Assembly: GCA_965218795.1 (NCBI GenBank)
Contig: OZ244653.1
Coordinates: 1,824,001-1,888,000, forward strand
Source of the DNA: a bacterium
Lineage (GTDB): Bacteria > UBA8248 > JACPRG01 > G963555815
Length of the DNA stretch: 64,000 bases
Reading direction: 5' to 3'
Shown: positions 10,454-20,215 of the stretch, one piece after another
Numbering within the stretch: position 1 is the first letter of the stretch
Layout: each line of letters starts with the position of its first letter
Made by a program: the position numbers and the translations under genes
Notes under the pieces: model-generated
Database searches by the model: none
The model's input: the letters and a program-made list of their open reading frames with translations, nothing else
Told to the model about the DNA's origin: nothing

Positions 10454-11464
10454 ATGGCTGATCGATACAACCGGGTCGCTCTCTATCTGCAAGACGCCCA
10501 TCCTCCCCGCGAGGGCATGAAGATCGTCCAATACGCGGAAGAGCGGGGCTTTGAGGCGGTCTGGCAGGCGGAATCTCGCCTGGTCCGCGAGTGCACCATC
10601 CCCCTGGCCGCCTTCGCCGCGGTGACCGATCGGATCAAGGTAGGGTCCGGCGTCATCAGCATGTGGACCCGCAATCCGGCCTTCATCGCGCAGACCTTCT
10701 ATACCCTGGATGATCTGGCCCCTGGCCGCGTGCTGCTCGGTATCGGCGCCTGGTGGGAGCCCCTGGCCACCAAGGTCGGCGTGAAGCGTAGAAAATCCCT
10801 CCAGGCCATGCGGGAAATCGTCGAAGTCAGCCGCCGGCTCTTCCGGATGGAGCGGGTGACGTTGAAGGGCGAATACGTCAACGTAGAGGACATCCAGATC
10901 GATCCGATTTACGGGGCCGACCAGCCCCGGGATATCCCCATCTACATCGGGGCGACCGGGATGAAAATGATGGAACTGACCGGGGAGATCGGCGACGGTG
11001 TCGTGCTGAATTATCTGGTTTCTGAATCCTACAACGCCGATGCCATGGAAGCGCTGAAGCGGGGAGCCGAGAAGGCGGGGCGGACGGTCAATGACATCGA
11101 CCGGCCGCAGCTCGTCGTCTGCTCGTTGGATGAGAACCGCGAGCAGGCCCTGGACAACGCGCGGAAAATGGTCACCCTCTACCTGGGTCAGCAGCCCCAC
11201 ATCATGAAGGCCAGCGGCGTTTCACAGGAGTTAATCGATGAGGTCAACAAGATCGTCGGATGGCCCGCGGACGAATCAAAGCTTCTGGATGCCAAGCACC
11301 TGGTCACTGATGACATCGTGCAAAAAGTGGCCGCGGCCGGATCACCCGAGGAGTGCCGCGCCAAGGTCCGGCAATATTGCGATTCCGGTTGCACCTGCCC
11401 GATCCTCTATCCGCTGGGGGACGACCCGAAAGCGATGATCGACGCCTTCGCAGACGGCTTTTGA
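10454..11464 (+). CDS. LLM-class flavin/F420-dependent oxidoreductase (Mer-like)
   Basis: AEERGFEAVWQAE, TLDDLAPGRVLLGIG, IPIYIGATG, GEIGDGV, AAGSPEEC. Confidence 0.88.
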   Translation: MADRYNRVALYLQDAHPPREGMKIVQYAEERGFEAVWQAESRLVRECTIPLAAFAAVTDRIKVGSGVISMWTRNPAFIAQTFYTLDDLAPGRVLLGIGAWWEPLATKVGVKRRKSLQAMREIVEVSRRLFRMERVTLKGEYVNVEDIQIDPIYGADQPRDIPIYIGATGMKMMELTGEIGDGVVLNYLVSESYNADAMEALKRGAEKAGRTVNDIDRPQLVVCSLDENREQALDNARKMVTLYLGQQPHIMKASGVSQELIDEVNKIVGWPADESKLLDAKHLVTDDIVQKVAAAGSPEECRAKVRQYCDSGCTCPILYPLGDDPKAMIDAFADGF

Positions 11465-11465
11465 A

Positions 11466-11532
11466 GGGCGTTTTCCCGCCCTTCCCTTTCCCAGGGGGAG
11501 AGGGTGGCCGAAGGTCGGGTGAGGGCGTTCGA
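11466..11532 (+). repeat. REP-like palindromic repeat, copy 2
   Basis: direct repeat of 10163-10229, immediately after the LLM stop codon. Confidence 0.75.
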
Positions 11533-11719
11533 GAATACATAGGGAAAAACGCGGGAGGCGTGATGATCGAGATGCCCGCAGCAAGACTTTTCTCTCGCGA
11601 CACCGGGCGCCATTCACGGGTGTCCTGCGCCAATTCCTGCGGACATTCCTTCCAGTCCGGAAGGTCGAACAATGATTCGAAACCTTCCCTGGGTCCCCGG
11701 AATCACGGTGTCGGCCCTC

Positions 11720-11890
11720 CTCTTGGCCTCGTCGAGGCGCTGGACTGCACCTCCGCCGGGCTCGACCGGATGGACCGCGCCGCGTTCTTTGCCCGCTTCA
11801 ACAAAGGCGAGACGGCGCCCTATTTCTACGAGCCGTTTCTCGAAGCCTTCGATCCGAACCCGCGCAAGCAGCCCGGCGTCTGGTATCCTC
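11720..11890 (+). pseudogene. fragment of a Type ISP / N-6 DNA methyltransferase restriction-modification enzyme
   Basis: DRAAFFARF...YFYEPFLEAFDPNPRKQPGVWY resembles the YFYEPFL.AFDP.LRK.LGVWYTP segment of these enzymes. Confidence 0.6.
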
Positions 11891-12114
11891 TACGGCTAGG
11901 CATCTTCCCGAACAAAAGATAATTTTAGAATGTCATCCCTCTGCCAAGCAAGCGCCTGAATGCGTCATGCTAGGATAATTATCTGTATTTATTCGATTAT
12001 TTCCGTTATCCACCCACCTCCAGCCCCTTGCATTCCCGTCACGCCTGTGCTCAAATACGCACCAGTTCGATGCATCCCGTGTGCGATTTGATTACGGATC
12101 CTCCGGAGCAAACC

Positions 12115-13299
12115 ATGCCCAGACGAAGCGAGCTCAGGATCACCAAACGCGCCGTGGACGCGCTCACCGTCGAAGTTGAGGACGCCGTGTTCTGGGACCG
12201 GGACCTCCCGGGCTTCGGAGTGCGTGTCCATGCCACCGGCCGCAAGGTCTACGTGGTCCAGTCCCGGGGGCCGGCCGGACCGAAGCGCGTGACCCTCGGG
12301 CGTCATGGGGACATGTCGGCCGACGAGGCGAGGAAGCGGGCGGCGGTGGTCATCGACCGCATCAAGCAAGGCGAGGACCCCGTGCCCGTGCCGCCCGAGC
12401 CTGAGCTCACCGTATCCGATCTGGCCGAACGGTTCATGAGCACCCATGTCAACGTCCATTGCAAGCCGAAGACCGTTGCAACGTACCGGAGCGTCCTCGA
12501 CAAGCACATTCTACCCATCCTGGGTGACAAGGCCATCAGCGAGGTCGGACGAAGGGATATCTCGGCATTGCATCACCGACTCCACGACACGCCTGCCATG
12601 GCCAACCAGACCGTCAAGCTTGTGTCGAAGATGTACTCATTGGCGGAAGCCTGGGGAAGAATACCGCCCGGCCGGAACCCGTGCGGGTCGGTACGCCGCT
12701 ACAAGGAGAGATCGCGCGAGCGGTTCCTGACGCCGGAGGAGTTCCGGCGGCTGGGAAGGGTGTTGCAGGAGTCGGAAACGGACGGCTCGGTGTGGCCTCC
12801 GGCCATTGCGGCGATACGCCTGCTCATGCTGACCGGATGCCGGAAGAGCGAGATCCTGACACTTCGCTGGGAAGACGTGGACTGTACGGCTGGGGAGCTG
12901 AGGCTCAGGGACGCCAAGGCGGGTCCGCGCATGGTTCCCTTGACCATACCCGTGCTGACGGTGCTCGACCGTATCCCTCGTATCGATGGCACTCCCTGGG
13001 TGCTTGTGGGACAAAGGCAGGGGACCGGCCTGACCAAGCTCGACAACTACTGGCAATCCATCCGGGCAAGGGCCGGACTGGATGACGTACGGATCCACGA
13101 CTTGAGACACTCGTATGCCTCAAAGGCCCTGGCCCTTGGCGAGAGCCTGCCCACGATTGGCAAGCTGCTCGGTCACCGGAAGGTGGGGACAACAGCGCGT
13201 TATGCGCACCTGATGCGGGACGCGGAGAAGGAGGCCGCCACCCGGGTGGGGGACAGCATCGGCGCCCATCTTGGGCCCCGGAGCACCGAAGCGGCATGA
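12115..13299 (+). CDS. tyrosine integrase with N-terminal arm-binding (DUF4102-like) domain, pair 1 gene A
   Basis: WDRDLPGFGVRV...RVTLGRHG; catalytic LTGCRKSE, DAKAG, HDLRH, LLGH, TARYAH. Confidence 0.93.
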   Translation: MPRRSELRITKRAVDALTVEVEDAVFWDRDLPGFGVRVHATGRKVYVVQSRGPAGPKRVTLGRHGDMSADEARKRAAVVIDRIKQGEDPVPVPPEPELTVSDLAERFMSTHVNVHCKPKTVATYRSVLDKHILPILGDKAISEVGRRDISALHHRLHDTPAMANQTVKLVSKMYSLAEAWGRIPPGRNPCGSVRRYKERSRERFLTPEEFRRLGRVLQESETDGSVWPPAIAAIRLLMLTGCRKSEILTLRWEDVDCTAGELRLRDAKAGPRMVPLTIPVLTVLDRIPRIDGTPWVLVGQRQGTGLTKLDNYWQSIRARAGLDDVRIHDLRHSYASKALALGESLPTIGKLLGHRKVGTTARYAHLMRDAEKEAATRVGDSIGAHLGPRSTEAA

Positions 13300-14504
13300 G
13301 ACTTGAATACAAGACCCTCTCGAACAGAACGGTCGAGAAGCTGAAGGTCCAAAAGGACACGGTGTTCTGGGATCACGAGCTCACCGGCTTCGGTGTGCGG
13401 GTCTATCCCACTGGGAGCAAGGTCTATATCGCCCAGGCCCGGGGACCTGGGGGACCGAAGCGGGTCACGGTGGGCCGTCACGGGGTGATCGGCGCGGAGC
13501 AGGCGCGCCAGCGGGCGGCCCTGATCATCGCCCGGGTCAAGGCGGGCGAGGAACTTCTGCCGGAACCGATGAAGCCGGCCGGAGGTCCCACCGTGGGCGA
13601 GCTTGCGAGGCGGTATCTCGAAGAGCATGTGGATATCCGGTGCAAGCCGAGAACCGCGGCGTCTACCCGGACGGTGGTGAACCGTCATATCGTCCCCGCC
13701 CTGGGCAAGGTTCCGCTGATAGTGGTCAACCGCACACAGGTCGTGGAGCTGCATCAACGCCTGTGCGGGATCCCTTCCGTTGCGAACACGGTGGTCCGCA
13801 CCCTGTCGCTGATGTACAGGCTGGCCGAGGGCTGGGGGCTCGTTCCGGAGGGATGCAACCCCTGCCGCTCCGTGGTCAAGTACCCCGCGCGCAAGCGGGA
13901 GCGGTTCCTGACCGATGGGGAGTTCACTCGATTAGGAGAAGTATTGGACGAGGCCGAGGCCCGGGGAGAGGCATCGGCGGCGGCGGTAGCGGCCATCCGT
14001 CTGCTCATGCTGACCGGATGCCGGAAGAACGAGATCCTGTGCCTGCGCTGGGAGGACGTGGCGCTGGATGAGAAGGAATTGAGGCTGCCCGACGCAAAGA
14101 CGGGCGCCAGGGTGGTTCCATTGTCGCCCTCGGCAATGAAGCTTCTTTCCGGCCTGCCTCGAGAACCGGGCAACCCCTGGGTCATTCCCGGCCGGAAGCC
14201 GGGCACGCACATGAGCAACGTGGATCAGGCCTGGACGGTCATCCGGGCGCGGGCCAGCCTGGAGGACGTCCGGATTCATGACCTGCGTCACTCGTATGCC
14301 AGCCGCGCACTGGCGCTGGGCGAGAGCTTACCCATGATTGGGAAACTCCTGGGCCACAGCCAGGTGGAGACCACGGCTCGGTACGCGCATCTGGCCCGGG
14401 ATTCGGTGCAGGAGGTCGCGGAGCGGATCGCCGGGAGTATCGCGACCGACATTCTGGACGAAGGCTGGGAGCATGCTTCCGGACAAAACCCGGCGCATGC
14501 TTGA
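13296..14504 (+). CDS. tyrosine integrase with arm-binding domain, pair 1 gene B
   Basis: WDHELTGFGVRV; LTGCRKNE, DAKTG, HDLRH, LLGH, TARYAH; ATGA overlap with the upstream paralog. Confidence 0.93.
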   Translation: MRLEYKTLSNRTVEKLKVQKDTVFWDHELTGFGVRVYPTGSKVYIAQARGPGGPKRVTVGRHGVIGAEQARQRAALIIARVKAGEELLPEPMKPAGGPTVGELARRYLEEHVDIRCKPRTAASTRTVVNRHIVPALGKVPLIVVNRTQVVELHQRLCGIPSVANTVVRTLSLMYRLAEGWGLVPEGCNPCRSVVKYPARKRERFLTDGEFTRLGEVLDEAEARGEASAAAVAAIRLLMLTGCRKNEILCLRWEDVALDEKELRLPDAKTGARVVPLSPSAMKLLSGLPREPGNPWVIPGRKPGTHMSNVDQAWTVIRARASLEDVRIHDLRHSYASRALALGESLPMIGKLLGHSQVETTARYAHLARDSVQEVAERIAGSIATDILDEGWEHASGQNPAHA

Positions 14505-14544
14505 AGAGTATGAGATTACATCTGGAACCGTTCTTGGGGGGCAG

Positions 14545-14687
14545 GTCATGACCGCCCGCGAGACGGGCTTCGCGGCCACCGTGATTTCCTCGCCGGTGAA
14601 GGGCGAGATCATCTTGCGCGCCTTTCTTGCCGGCTTGCGCACCGCCTTGATTTTCAGAAGGCCGGGAAGCGTGAACGTTCCCGCCGC
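14545..14687 (-). pseudogene. HU-family DNA-binding protein fragment
   Basis: GTFTLPGLLKIKAVRKPARKARKMISPFTGEEITVAAKP; an in-frame stop lies immediately upstream. Confidence 0.65.
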
Positions 14688-14827
14688 CTAGTTCCGGAAG
14701 GCGCACGAGGGCCATCGACCGCAGCACGGGCTGCCATTTGCCAAAATTGAAATATCCCATGGCTCAAAAAATTTCCGTTTCACAACCCGTGTGAGACACG
14801 TGCATCCTACCAAGTGATCAAACTCTG

Positions 14828-15157
14828 GTGTGGAGGCGCTTGAAGTTCCGTACCCAGGCCGAGGCGCGCAGGGCGCTCTTCCAATACATCGAGGGCTGGT
14901 GCAACCCACGCCGCCGCCCTTCGGCCCTGGGTGACCTCAGCCCGAACGAATTCGAACGCGCCGCGGCGAAGGCAACGCTCATCGTCCGTCTCGAACCGTC
15001 CCCGGCGCTTCCCGGAGCGGCGAGCCGGAGGCAAAGACATACCCTCCGGGGGACCTTACCTACGGTATAGGGAGAAGACTTTACTTCCACCGCCTATCGT
15101 CCACCTCTGTGCGGGGGACGATAACCATAAACTGTCCACGAAACCGGGGGGACTCCA
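14828..15157 (+). mobile_element. IS3-family right-end remnant
   Basis: FRTQAEARRALFQYIEGWCNPRRRPSALGDLSPNEFE transposase tail and terminal ACTGTCCACGAAACCGGGGGGACTCCA. Confidence 0.75.
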
Positions 15158-15327
15158 CCAGGACGAAAAGGAGGGCATAAACATATCGAAGAAGGGTGTC
15201 CCCTGAGTTCATTCTTGCCGCCTCGCAGCGCGAACTGGTATGTTGACGCTCCTGTGAACGGGTGATTTCGCCGGATCCGCGTCATCAATTCATCATCATT
15301 TCCCAAATGAGAGAGGGGGTCTTTCAC

Positions 15328-17187
15328 ATGCTTCGTCATTTTCGCCTGCTCGGCGTTCTTCTTCTCGTTCCCGTCCTCGCCGGTAGCGCCTGGGCCCAGA
15401 GCTTCAGCAACTTCTTCGTGTTCGGCGCCAGCCTGAGCGACACCGGCAATATAGCCCAGCGGGAAGGGCTGCCAGCGGGCAGCAGCTTCACCACCAACCC
15501 CGACCCGCTCGCCGCCGAGATCATCGCGCAGACCTTCGGCGCATCGGGCAGGCACTCCCTCGCCGGCGGACCGAACTACGCCTGGAGCGGCGCCTGTGTG
15601 CGCCCGGAGGGCCCGTGCCGCAATCCAGTGCCGACAATCACGGAGCAGGTCGACCAGCACCTCTCCTCACGGGCGGGCGGGCGAGCCGACCCGGACGCGC
15701 TCTACTTCCTGTGGGCCGGCCTCAACGATATCAATGACGCGTTGTTCGTGGATCCAGCCAATGCGCAGACCCACGCATTGGCGGCCGCCGCCGCTCATGC
15801 CGGGCAGGTCCGGCGTCTCCAGGAAGCCGGGGCCCGCTATATCGTGGTGCCCAACCTGCCCGATCTCAGCGTGATCCCATTCGCCGCCAACCTGCCTCCG
15901 GCTCTCCGGGGAGCGCTGACCGCACTGAGCGCCGCCTATAACGAGGTGGTCTATACCGGTCTGCGAGAGAGAGAGGATGGCATCATCCCCATCAATATCC
16001 TGGCCCTGACCGAGGAGTTACTCGAAAGTCCCCAGACGTACGGCTTCACCAACGTCCGGGAAACGGCCTGCCCCCTGAACGCGAATCCCCTGACGGACCG
16101 CAGCCCGGTCTCGCTCGTATGCGGTCCGGAGGGCTCGGGTTATCCCAAGACCTACGCCCCCGGCGCCAATCAGCGCTACCTGTTCGCGGACGACAAACAT
16201 CCGAGCGGCGCGGCTCACGCGATCATCGCCCGCGTGGTCACCTCCACCCTCGCCGCTCCGGTCCAGGTTTCACTGGTCGGCGAGGCGGGCGTCGATGTGG
16301 CGGGGGTTCACCGCGGCGCCGTGTCCACGGAGCGGATGGCGGATTTCGCCCTTGACCGACCCGTCGGGAGCTGGCGCGGCTACGTAACGGGAGGCATCGG
16401 CAAGCATGAGCTTGACGTTCTGCCGCGCCTGGGCGAAACGCGGGCCAACACGCAGGTGCTCACGCTGGGGGCCAACCGCCGGGCGGGGGCCGACTTGCAC
16501 TGGGGCGCCGCATTGAGCCTCGCTCGCCACGACAACGACGTCACGGGCGCGAGCCTCGACAGCACCGTGGTGCTCGGCTCGCTGCACGGAACGTGGCGTA
16601 CCGGTGGCCTCCACCTGAGCGGCGCCCTGAGCGGGGGCAGGACATCGGTGGACATCGAGCGCTCGATCCGCCTTGGACCGGCGCGGCGCCCCGAGCGCGG
16701 CTCCACCAGCGCCGTTCAGTTCGGGACCGAACTCGACCTGGGCTGGCTCTTCGGTGAACCCGCGGCTCTTCGGCACGGTCCCTTCCTCGGTTTCGTCTGG
16801 ATCGATCAGAAGGTCAAGGGCTACCGGGAGAGCGGGCGCTCCTCCACCTCGATGAACTTCTCCGACTTCGAGCGCGATTCCCTCATCGCGCGCGGCGGCT
16901 ACCAGCTCACCTGGCGCCTCGGCGGCGGGGTCCGCCCCTACGCCCGCGTCACCTATGAGAGGGAACTCAAGGACGACCCCATCCTGGTCACCGCGGGTTC
17001 CAACACCCTGCCCGGGCGCTTCACCCTCCCGGGCTTCGCGCCGCCGCGCCAGTCGGTGAGCGCCGACCTTGGCCTGAGCGCGAAACTGACCGAGCGCGCG
17101 AGCGTCCTCGCGGGCTACGCCGGACGCTTCGGCGACGGGTCGCGTCAGGACCACCAGCTGTCTCTCGTTCTGCGCATTGCCTTCTGA
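15328..17187 (+). CDS. SGNH/GDSL esterase autotransporter (EstA/ApeE-like)
   Basis: signal peptide, FGASLSDTGN, NYAWSGA, WAGLND, LFADDKHPS, C-terminal beta-barrel ending LRIAF. Confidence 0.88.
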   Translation: MLRHFRLLGVLLLVPVLAGSAWAQSFSNFFVFGASLSDTGNIAQREGLPAGSSFTTNPDPLAAEIIAQTFGASGRHSLAGGPNYAWSGACVRPEGPCRNPVPTITEQVDQHLSSRAGGRADPDALYFLWAGLNDINDALFVDPANAQTHALAAAAAHAGQVRRLQEAGARYIVVPNLPDLSVIPFAANLPPALRGALTALSAAYNEVVYTGLREREDGIIPINILALTEELLESPQTYGFTNVRETACPLNANPLTDRSPVSLVCGPEGSGYPKTYAPGANQRYLFADDKHPSGAAHAIIARVVTSTLAAPVQVSLVGEAGVDVAGVHRGAVSTERMADFALDRPVGSWRGYVTGGIGKHELDVLPRLGETRANTQVLTLGANRRAGADLHWGAALSLARHDNDVTGASLDSTVVLGSLHGTWRTGGLHLSGALSGGRTSVDIERSIRLGPARRPERGSTSAVQFGTELDLGWLFGEPAALRHGPFLGFVWIDQKVKGYRESGRSSTSMNFSDFERDSLIARGGYQLTWRLGGGVRPYARVTYERELKDDPILVTAGSNTLPGRFTLPGFAPPRQSVSADLGLSAKLTERASVLAGYAGRFGDGSRQDHQLSLVLRIAF

Positions 17188-17540
17188 GATGCTTAGTGGG
17201 GAGCTCACCAGCAGACACACTTATCTTGATTGCCGCAGCAAGACTTGGAAAACCGTTTTCCTGAAAATGGGCGAGACCCTTCACTACAACTACTGGCATA
17301 CCAAAGAGCAACGATGTAAGAGGGCCTCTTACACGCGCGGCGTAGATTCAAGGCGATATGTGTGGGGCTAGCAGGGTGCTGAAAAGTCTCTGGTGTACTA
17401 TTAGATGTCGCGTTCTCTGGTCTTGCGGTGATGGTGCAGGAGGTTGGGATGCGGGGCCGGGACGAGCGCGGCGGCGGGCGCAACGATTCGGACCTCGAAC
17501 GCCACGAAGGACCGTATGGCTCAGATGCTGGGGGACTGAC

Positions 17541-20033
17541 GTGAAATCCATTCCTATGCTGCTCGTTATGGTGCTGGTACTGACCGCCTGCGGGAGCCGC
17601 AACGGCCCGCCACCCGAAGCCGAAGGCTTTATTCAGCTCGAGAGGAATACCGAGTTCGACGGCACGAACCTGCGGTTTTTCGTGACGCTGGACGACGGAA
17701 CCGTGGCTTCCGTCAACACGACCGACGATGTCATCGAGACGCTGCCCGGGGCAACGCCCATGCCCGGCCACCAGGCGCGGGCCTGGACGTTCCTGAAGGT
17801 AACGGAGGACGACACGTCGGTGGCCCACGCCCTGGTAAGCTGGGACCCGGGCAACCCGGCGGACTACCTCATGTTCGGCTGGTGGGCGCAGTTCCCGGAC
17901 CAGCATCCGCCGGATCTATCGTTCAAGGAATCGATACGGTACGCGATCATCGACGGCCCGGAACTCGACCATGGCATCGTGCCGCAGTTGCCAATCGAGG
18001 GGACGGCCACATACGCGGGACCGGCCGGGGGGCTCTACACCTACGTGGCCGGAAGCGACTGGGGAGAGAACGAGGGCGCCTTCGTGATCGACGAGTACCA
18101 GGGGACGGTCACCCTCACCGCGGACTTCGCGGACGGCACCCTGAGAGGCTGCATCGGGTGCGTGGGCGATCTCGTCACGCAGCGCGCGCATTTCGGCGTT
18201 TTTCTCGGCGAGGAGTTGAGGGACGTGCAGGCCGTAGCCGCGGACTACGAGCTCCAACTCGCCACGGCGATTATCAGAGTGGACGGCATGTTCGAGCGCG
18301 ACAGGGTGACGGTGAGACACCCGGAGCGGACCATCACGCATTCCGAGGGGGATTGGGGCGGGGCCATGTCCAGCCGCCAGGACGCGGACGGAAACCCCCG
18401 ACTGGTCGCGGGCTTCAACGGTGTCTACTTCCAGGAGAGCGACGGCAGCGAGGGTGAGAACGCACTGGCGTTCATGACTGTTTTGTTGAAGGCGGGAGCG
18501 AATGTGAACGCGCGAGATTATGGTGGCGAAACACCTCTCCACGATGCGGCGCTGGGCATCGAAACACCTGGGGTCGTATCGGCCCTGGTAAAAGCAGGGG
18601 CGGACGTGAACGCGCGAGACGAGAATGGCGAAACACCTCTCCACAACGTAGAGAGACTGGAGGATATGACGGTTTTGCTGAAAGCGGGAGCGGACGTGAA
18701 CGCGCGAGATAAAAAAGGCCAAACCCCTCTTCACCATGCGGCGCGGAACAGCGTGACGCCTTTGTTCGTGACGGCCTTGCTGAAAGCGGGGGCGAATGTG
18801 AACGGACGAGATGGTGATGGCGAAACCTCTCTCCACCATGCGGCGCGGAACAGCATGACGCCTTGGGTCGTGGCGGCCTTGCTGAAGGCGGGCGCAGACC
18901 TGAACGCGCGGGATGACGGCGGCGAAACCCCTCTCCACGATGCGGCGCGAAACAGCGAGACACCTTGGGTCGTGGCGGCCTTGCTGAAGGCGGGCGCAGA
19001 CCTGAACGCGCGGGATGACGGCGGCGAAACCCCTCTTCACCATGCGGCGCGGTACAGCGAGACACCGGAGGTCGTGACGGTTTTGCTGAAGGCGGGCGCG
19101 GACCTGAACGCGCAGGATATAAATGGCAAGACACCTCTCCACCATGCGGCGTGGGGGAGCAAGACACCGGAGGTCGTGGCGGCGTTGCTGAAGGCAGGGG
19201 CGAAAGTGAGTGCGCGAGATAAAAAAGGCGCAACCCCTCTCCACGATGCGGCGCGGTACAGCAAGACACCGGGAGTCGTAACGGCCCTGCTAAAAGCGGG
19301 GGCGAATGTGAATACGCGAGATAGCAGTGCCGCAACACCTCTCTACCATGCGGCGCGGTACAGCAAGACACCAGGAGTTGTAACGGCCCTGGCGAAAGCG
19401 GGGGCGGACGTGAACGAACGAGATGAGCATGGCGCAACACCTCTCCACCATGCGGCGACGCCGGAGGTCGTGGCGGCCTTGGTGAAAGCGGGGGCGAATG
19501 TGAACGCGCGAGATGACTATAACGCAACACCTCTCCATCATGCGGCGACACCTGGGGTCGTGACGGCCCTGGTGAAAGCGGGCGCGGAGGTGGACGTGCG
19601 GAATAAAGCCGGGGAAACGCCCCTGCACCGGGCGGCGAAGTACAACGAAAACCCGGCGGTCATCAAAGCCTTCGTGAAGGCCGGGGCGGAGGTGAACGCC
19701 AGGGACAAGAGCGAATGGACGCCCCTGCATAAGGCGGCGAAGCACAACGAAAACCTGATGGTCGTCAAAGCCCTCGTAAAGACGCGGGCGGAGGTCAACG
19801 CGCGGGATCAAGAGGGGAAAACGCCCCTGCATTATGCGGCGTACGGCAACGACAACCCGGCGGTCATCACGCTCCTCGTGAAGGCCGGGGCGGATGTGAG
19901 CGCGCGGGATAGAGGCGGATATACGCCCCTAGACAAGGCGGCGCGTTATTCACGAAAACAGGCCTTCGTGGAGGCCTTGCGCGACGCCGGGGCGAGTCCG
20001 GCGGCGAGAGCCGTAAAAGGCCAAACGCCGTAG
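17541..20033 (+). CDS. lipoprotein with TbpB-like beta-barrel region fused to ~15 ankyrin repeats
   Basis: GTG start then lipobox LTAC; GTATYAGPAGG and VTLTADFADGTL barrel motifs; 15 GxTPLH-type ankyrin units. Confidence 0.8.
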   Translation: MKSIPMLLVMVLVLTACGSRNGPPPEAEGFIQLERNTEFDGTNLRFFVTLDDGTVASVNTTDDVIETLPGATPMPGHQARAWTFLKVTEDDTSVAHALVSWDPGNPADYLMFGWWAQFPDQHPPDLSFKESIRYAIIDGPELDHGIVPQLPIEGTATYAGPAGGLYTYVAGSDWGENEGAFVIDEYQGTVTLTADFADGTLRGCIGCVGDLVTQRAHFGVFLGEELRDVQAVAADYELQLATAIIRVDGMFERDRVTVRHPERTITHSEGDWGGAMSSRQDADGNPRLVAGFNGVYFQESDGSEGENALAFMTVLLKAGANVNARDYGGETPLHDAALGIETPGVVSALVKAGADVNARDENGETPLHNVERLEDMTVLLKAGADVNARDKKGQTPLHHAARNSVTPLFVTALLKAGANVNGRDGDGETSLHHAARNSMTPWVVAALLKAGADLNARDDGGETPLHDAARNSETPWVVAALLKAGADLNARDDGGETPLHHAARYSETPEVVTVLLKAGADLNAQDINGKTPLHHAAWGSKTPEVVAALLKAGAKVSARDKKGATPLHDAARYSKTPGVVTALLKAGANVNTRDSSAATPLYHAARYSKTPGVVTALAKAGADVNERDEHGATPLHHAATPEVVAALVKAGANVNARDDYNATPLHHAATPGVVTALVKAGAEVDVRNKAGETPLHRAAKYNENPAVIKAFVKAGAEVNARDKSEWTPLHKAAKHNENLMVVKALVKTRAEVNARDQEGKTPLHYAAYGNDNPAVITLLVKAGADVSARDRGGYTPLDKAARYSRKQAFVEALRDAGASPAARAVKGQTP
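18470..19990 (+). repeat. tandem ankyrin-coding DNA repeats (~102 bp unit)
   Basis: near-identical adjacent units, e.g. GTGGCGGCCTTGCTGAAGGCGGGCGCAGACCTGAACGCGCGGGATGACGGCGGCGAAACCCCTCT twice, 102 bp apart. Confidence 0.85.
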
Positions 20034-20215
20034 GATGATGTAGTAAAGAATCCCTTTTTCATGGGGACGGACGCCCACCGGCGGCTGACCCGGCAATCCA
20101 TAGGTTTCGAAGAGATGTGGTGCATCTCACCTCATAGGGATCGGATAGACAAAATGTGGGTAATCATCCACAGACCGCACATCAGATCAATACAGTAGGA
20201 CGGAAAAATGTCAGA

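Noticed and set aside
262-11200. Long antisense ORFs such as 262-972, 2303-3196, 6503-7369 and 10154-11200
   Set aside because: Shadow ORFs opposite well-supported genes in GC-rich DNA, with no motifs.
11890-12110. tRNA/tmRNA integration site before integrase pair 1
   Set aside because: No cloverleaf, T-loop GTTCGA in a tRNA context or CCA end could be identified.
17358-17540. 61-aa N-terminal extension of the ankyrin ORF
   Set aside because: The lipoprotein signal peptide begins at GTG 17541; the upstream translation looks non-coding.
18470-19990. Regular DNA repeats as a possible CRISPR array or DGR template
   Set aside because: They are in-frame ankyrin codons; there are no unique spacers, cas genes or reverse transcriptase in the window.
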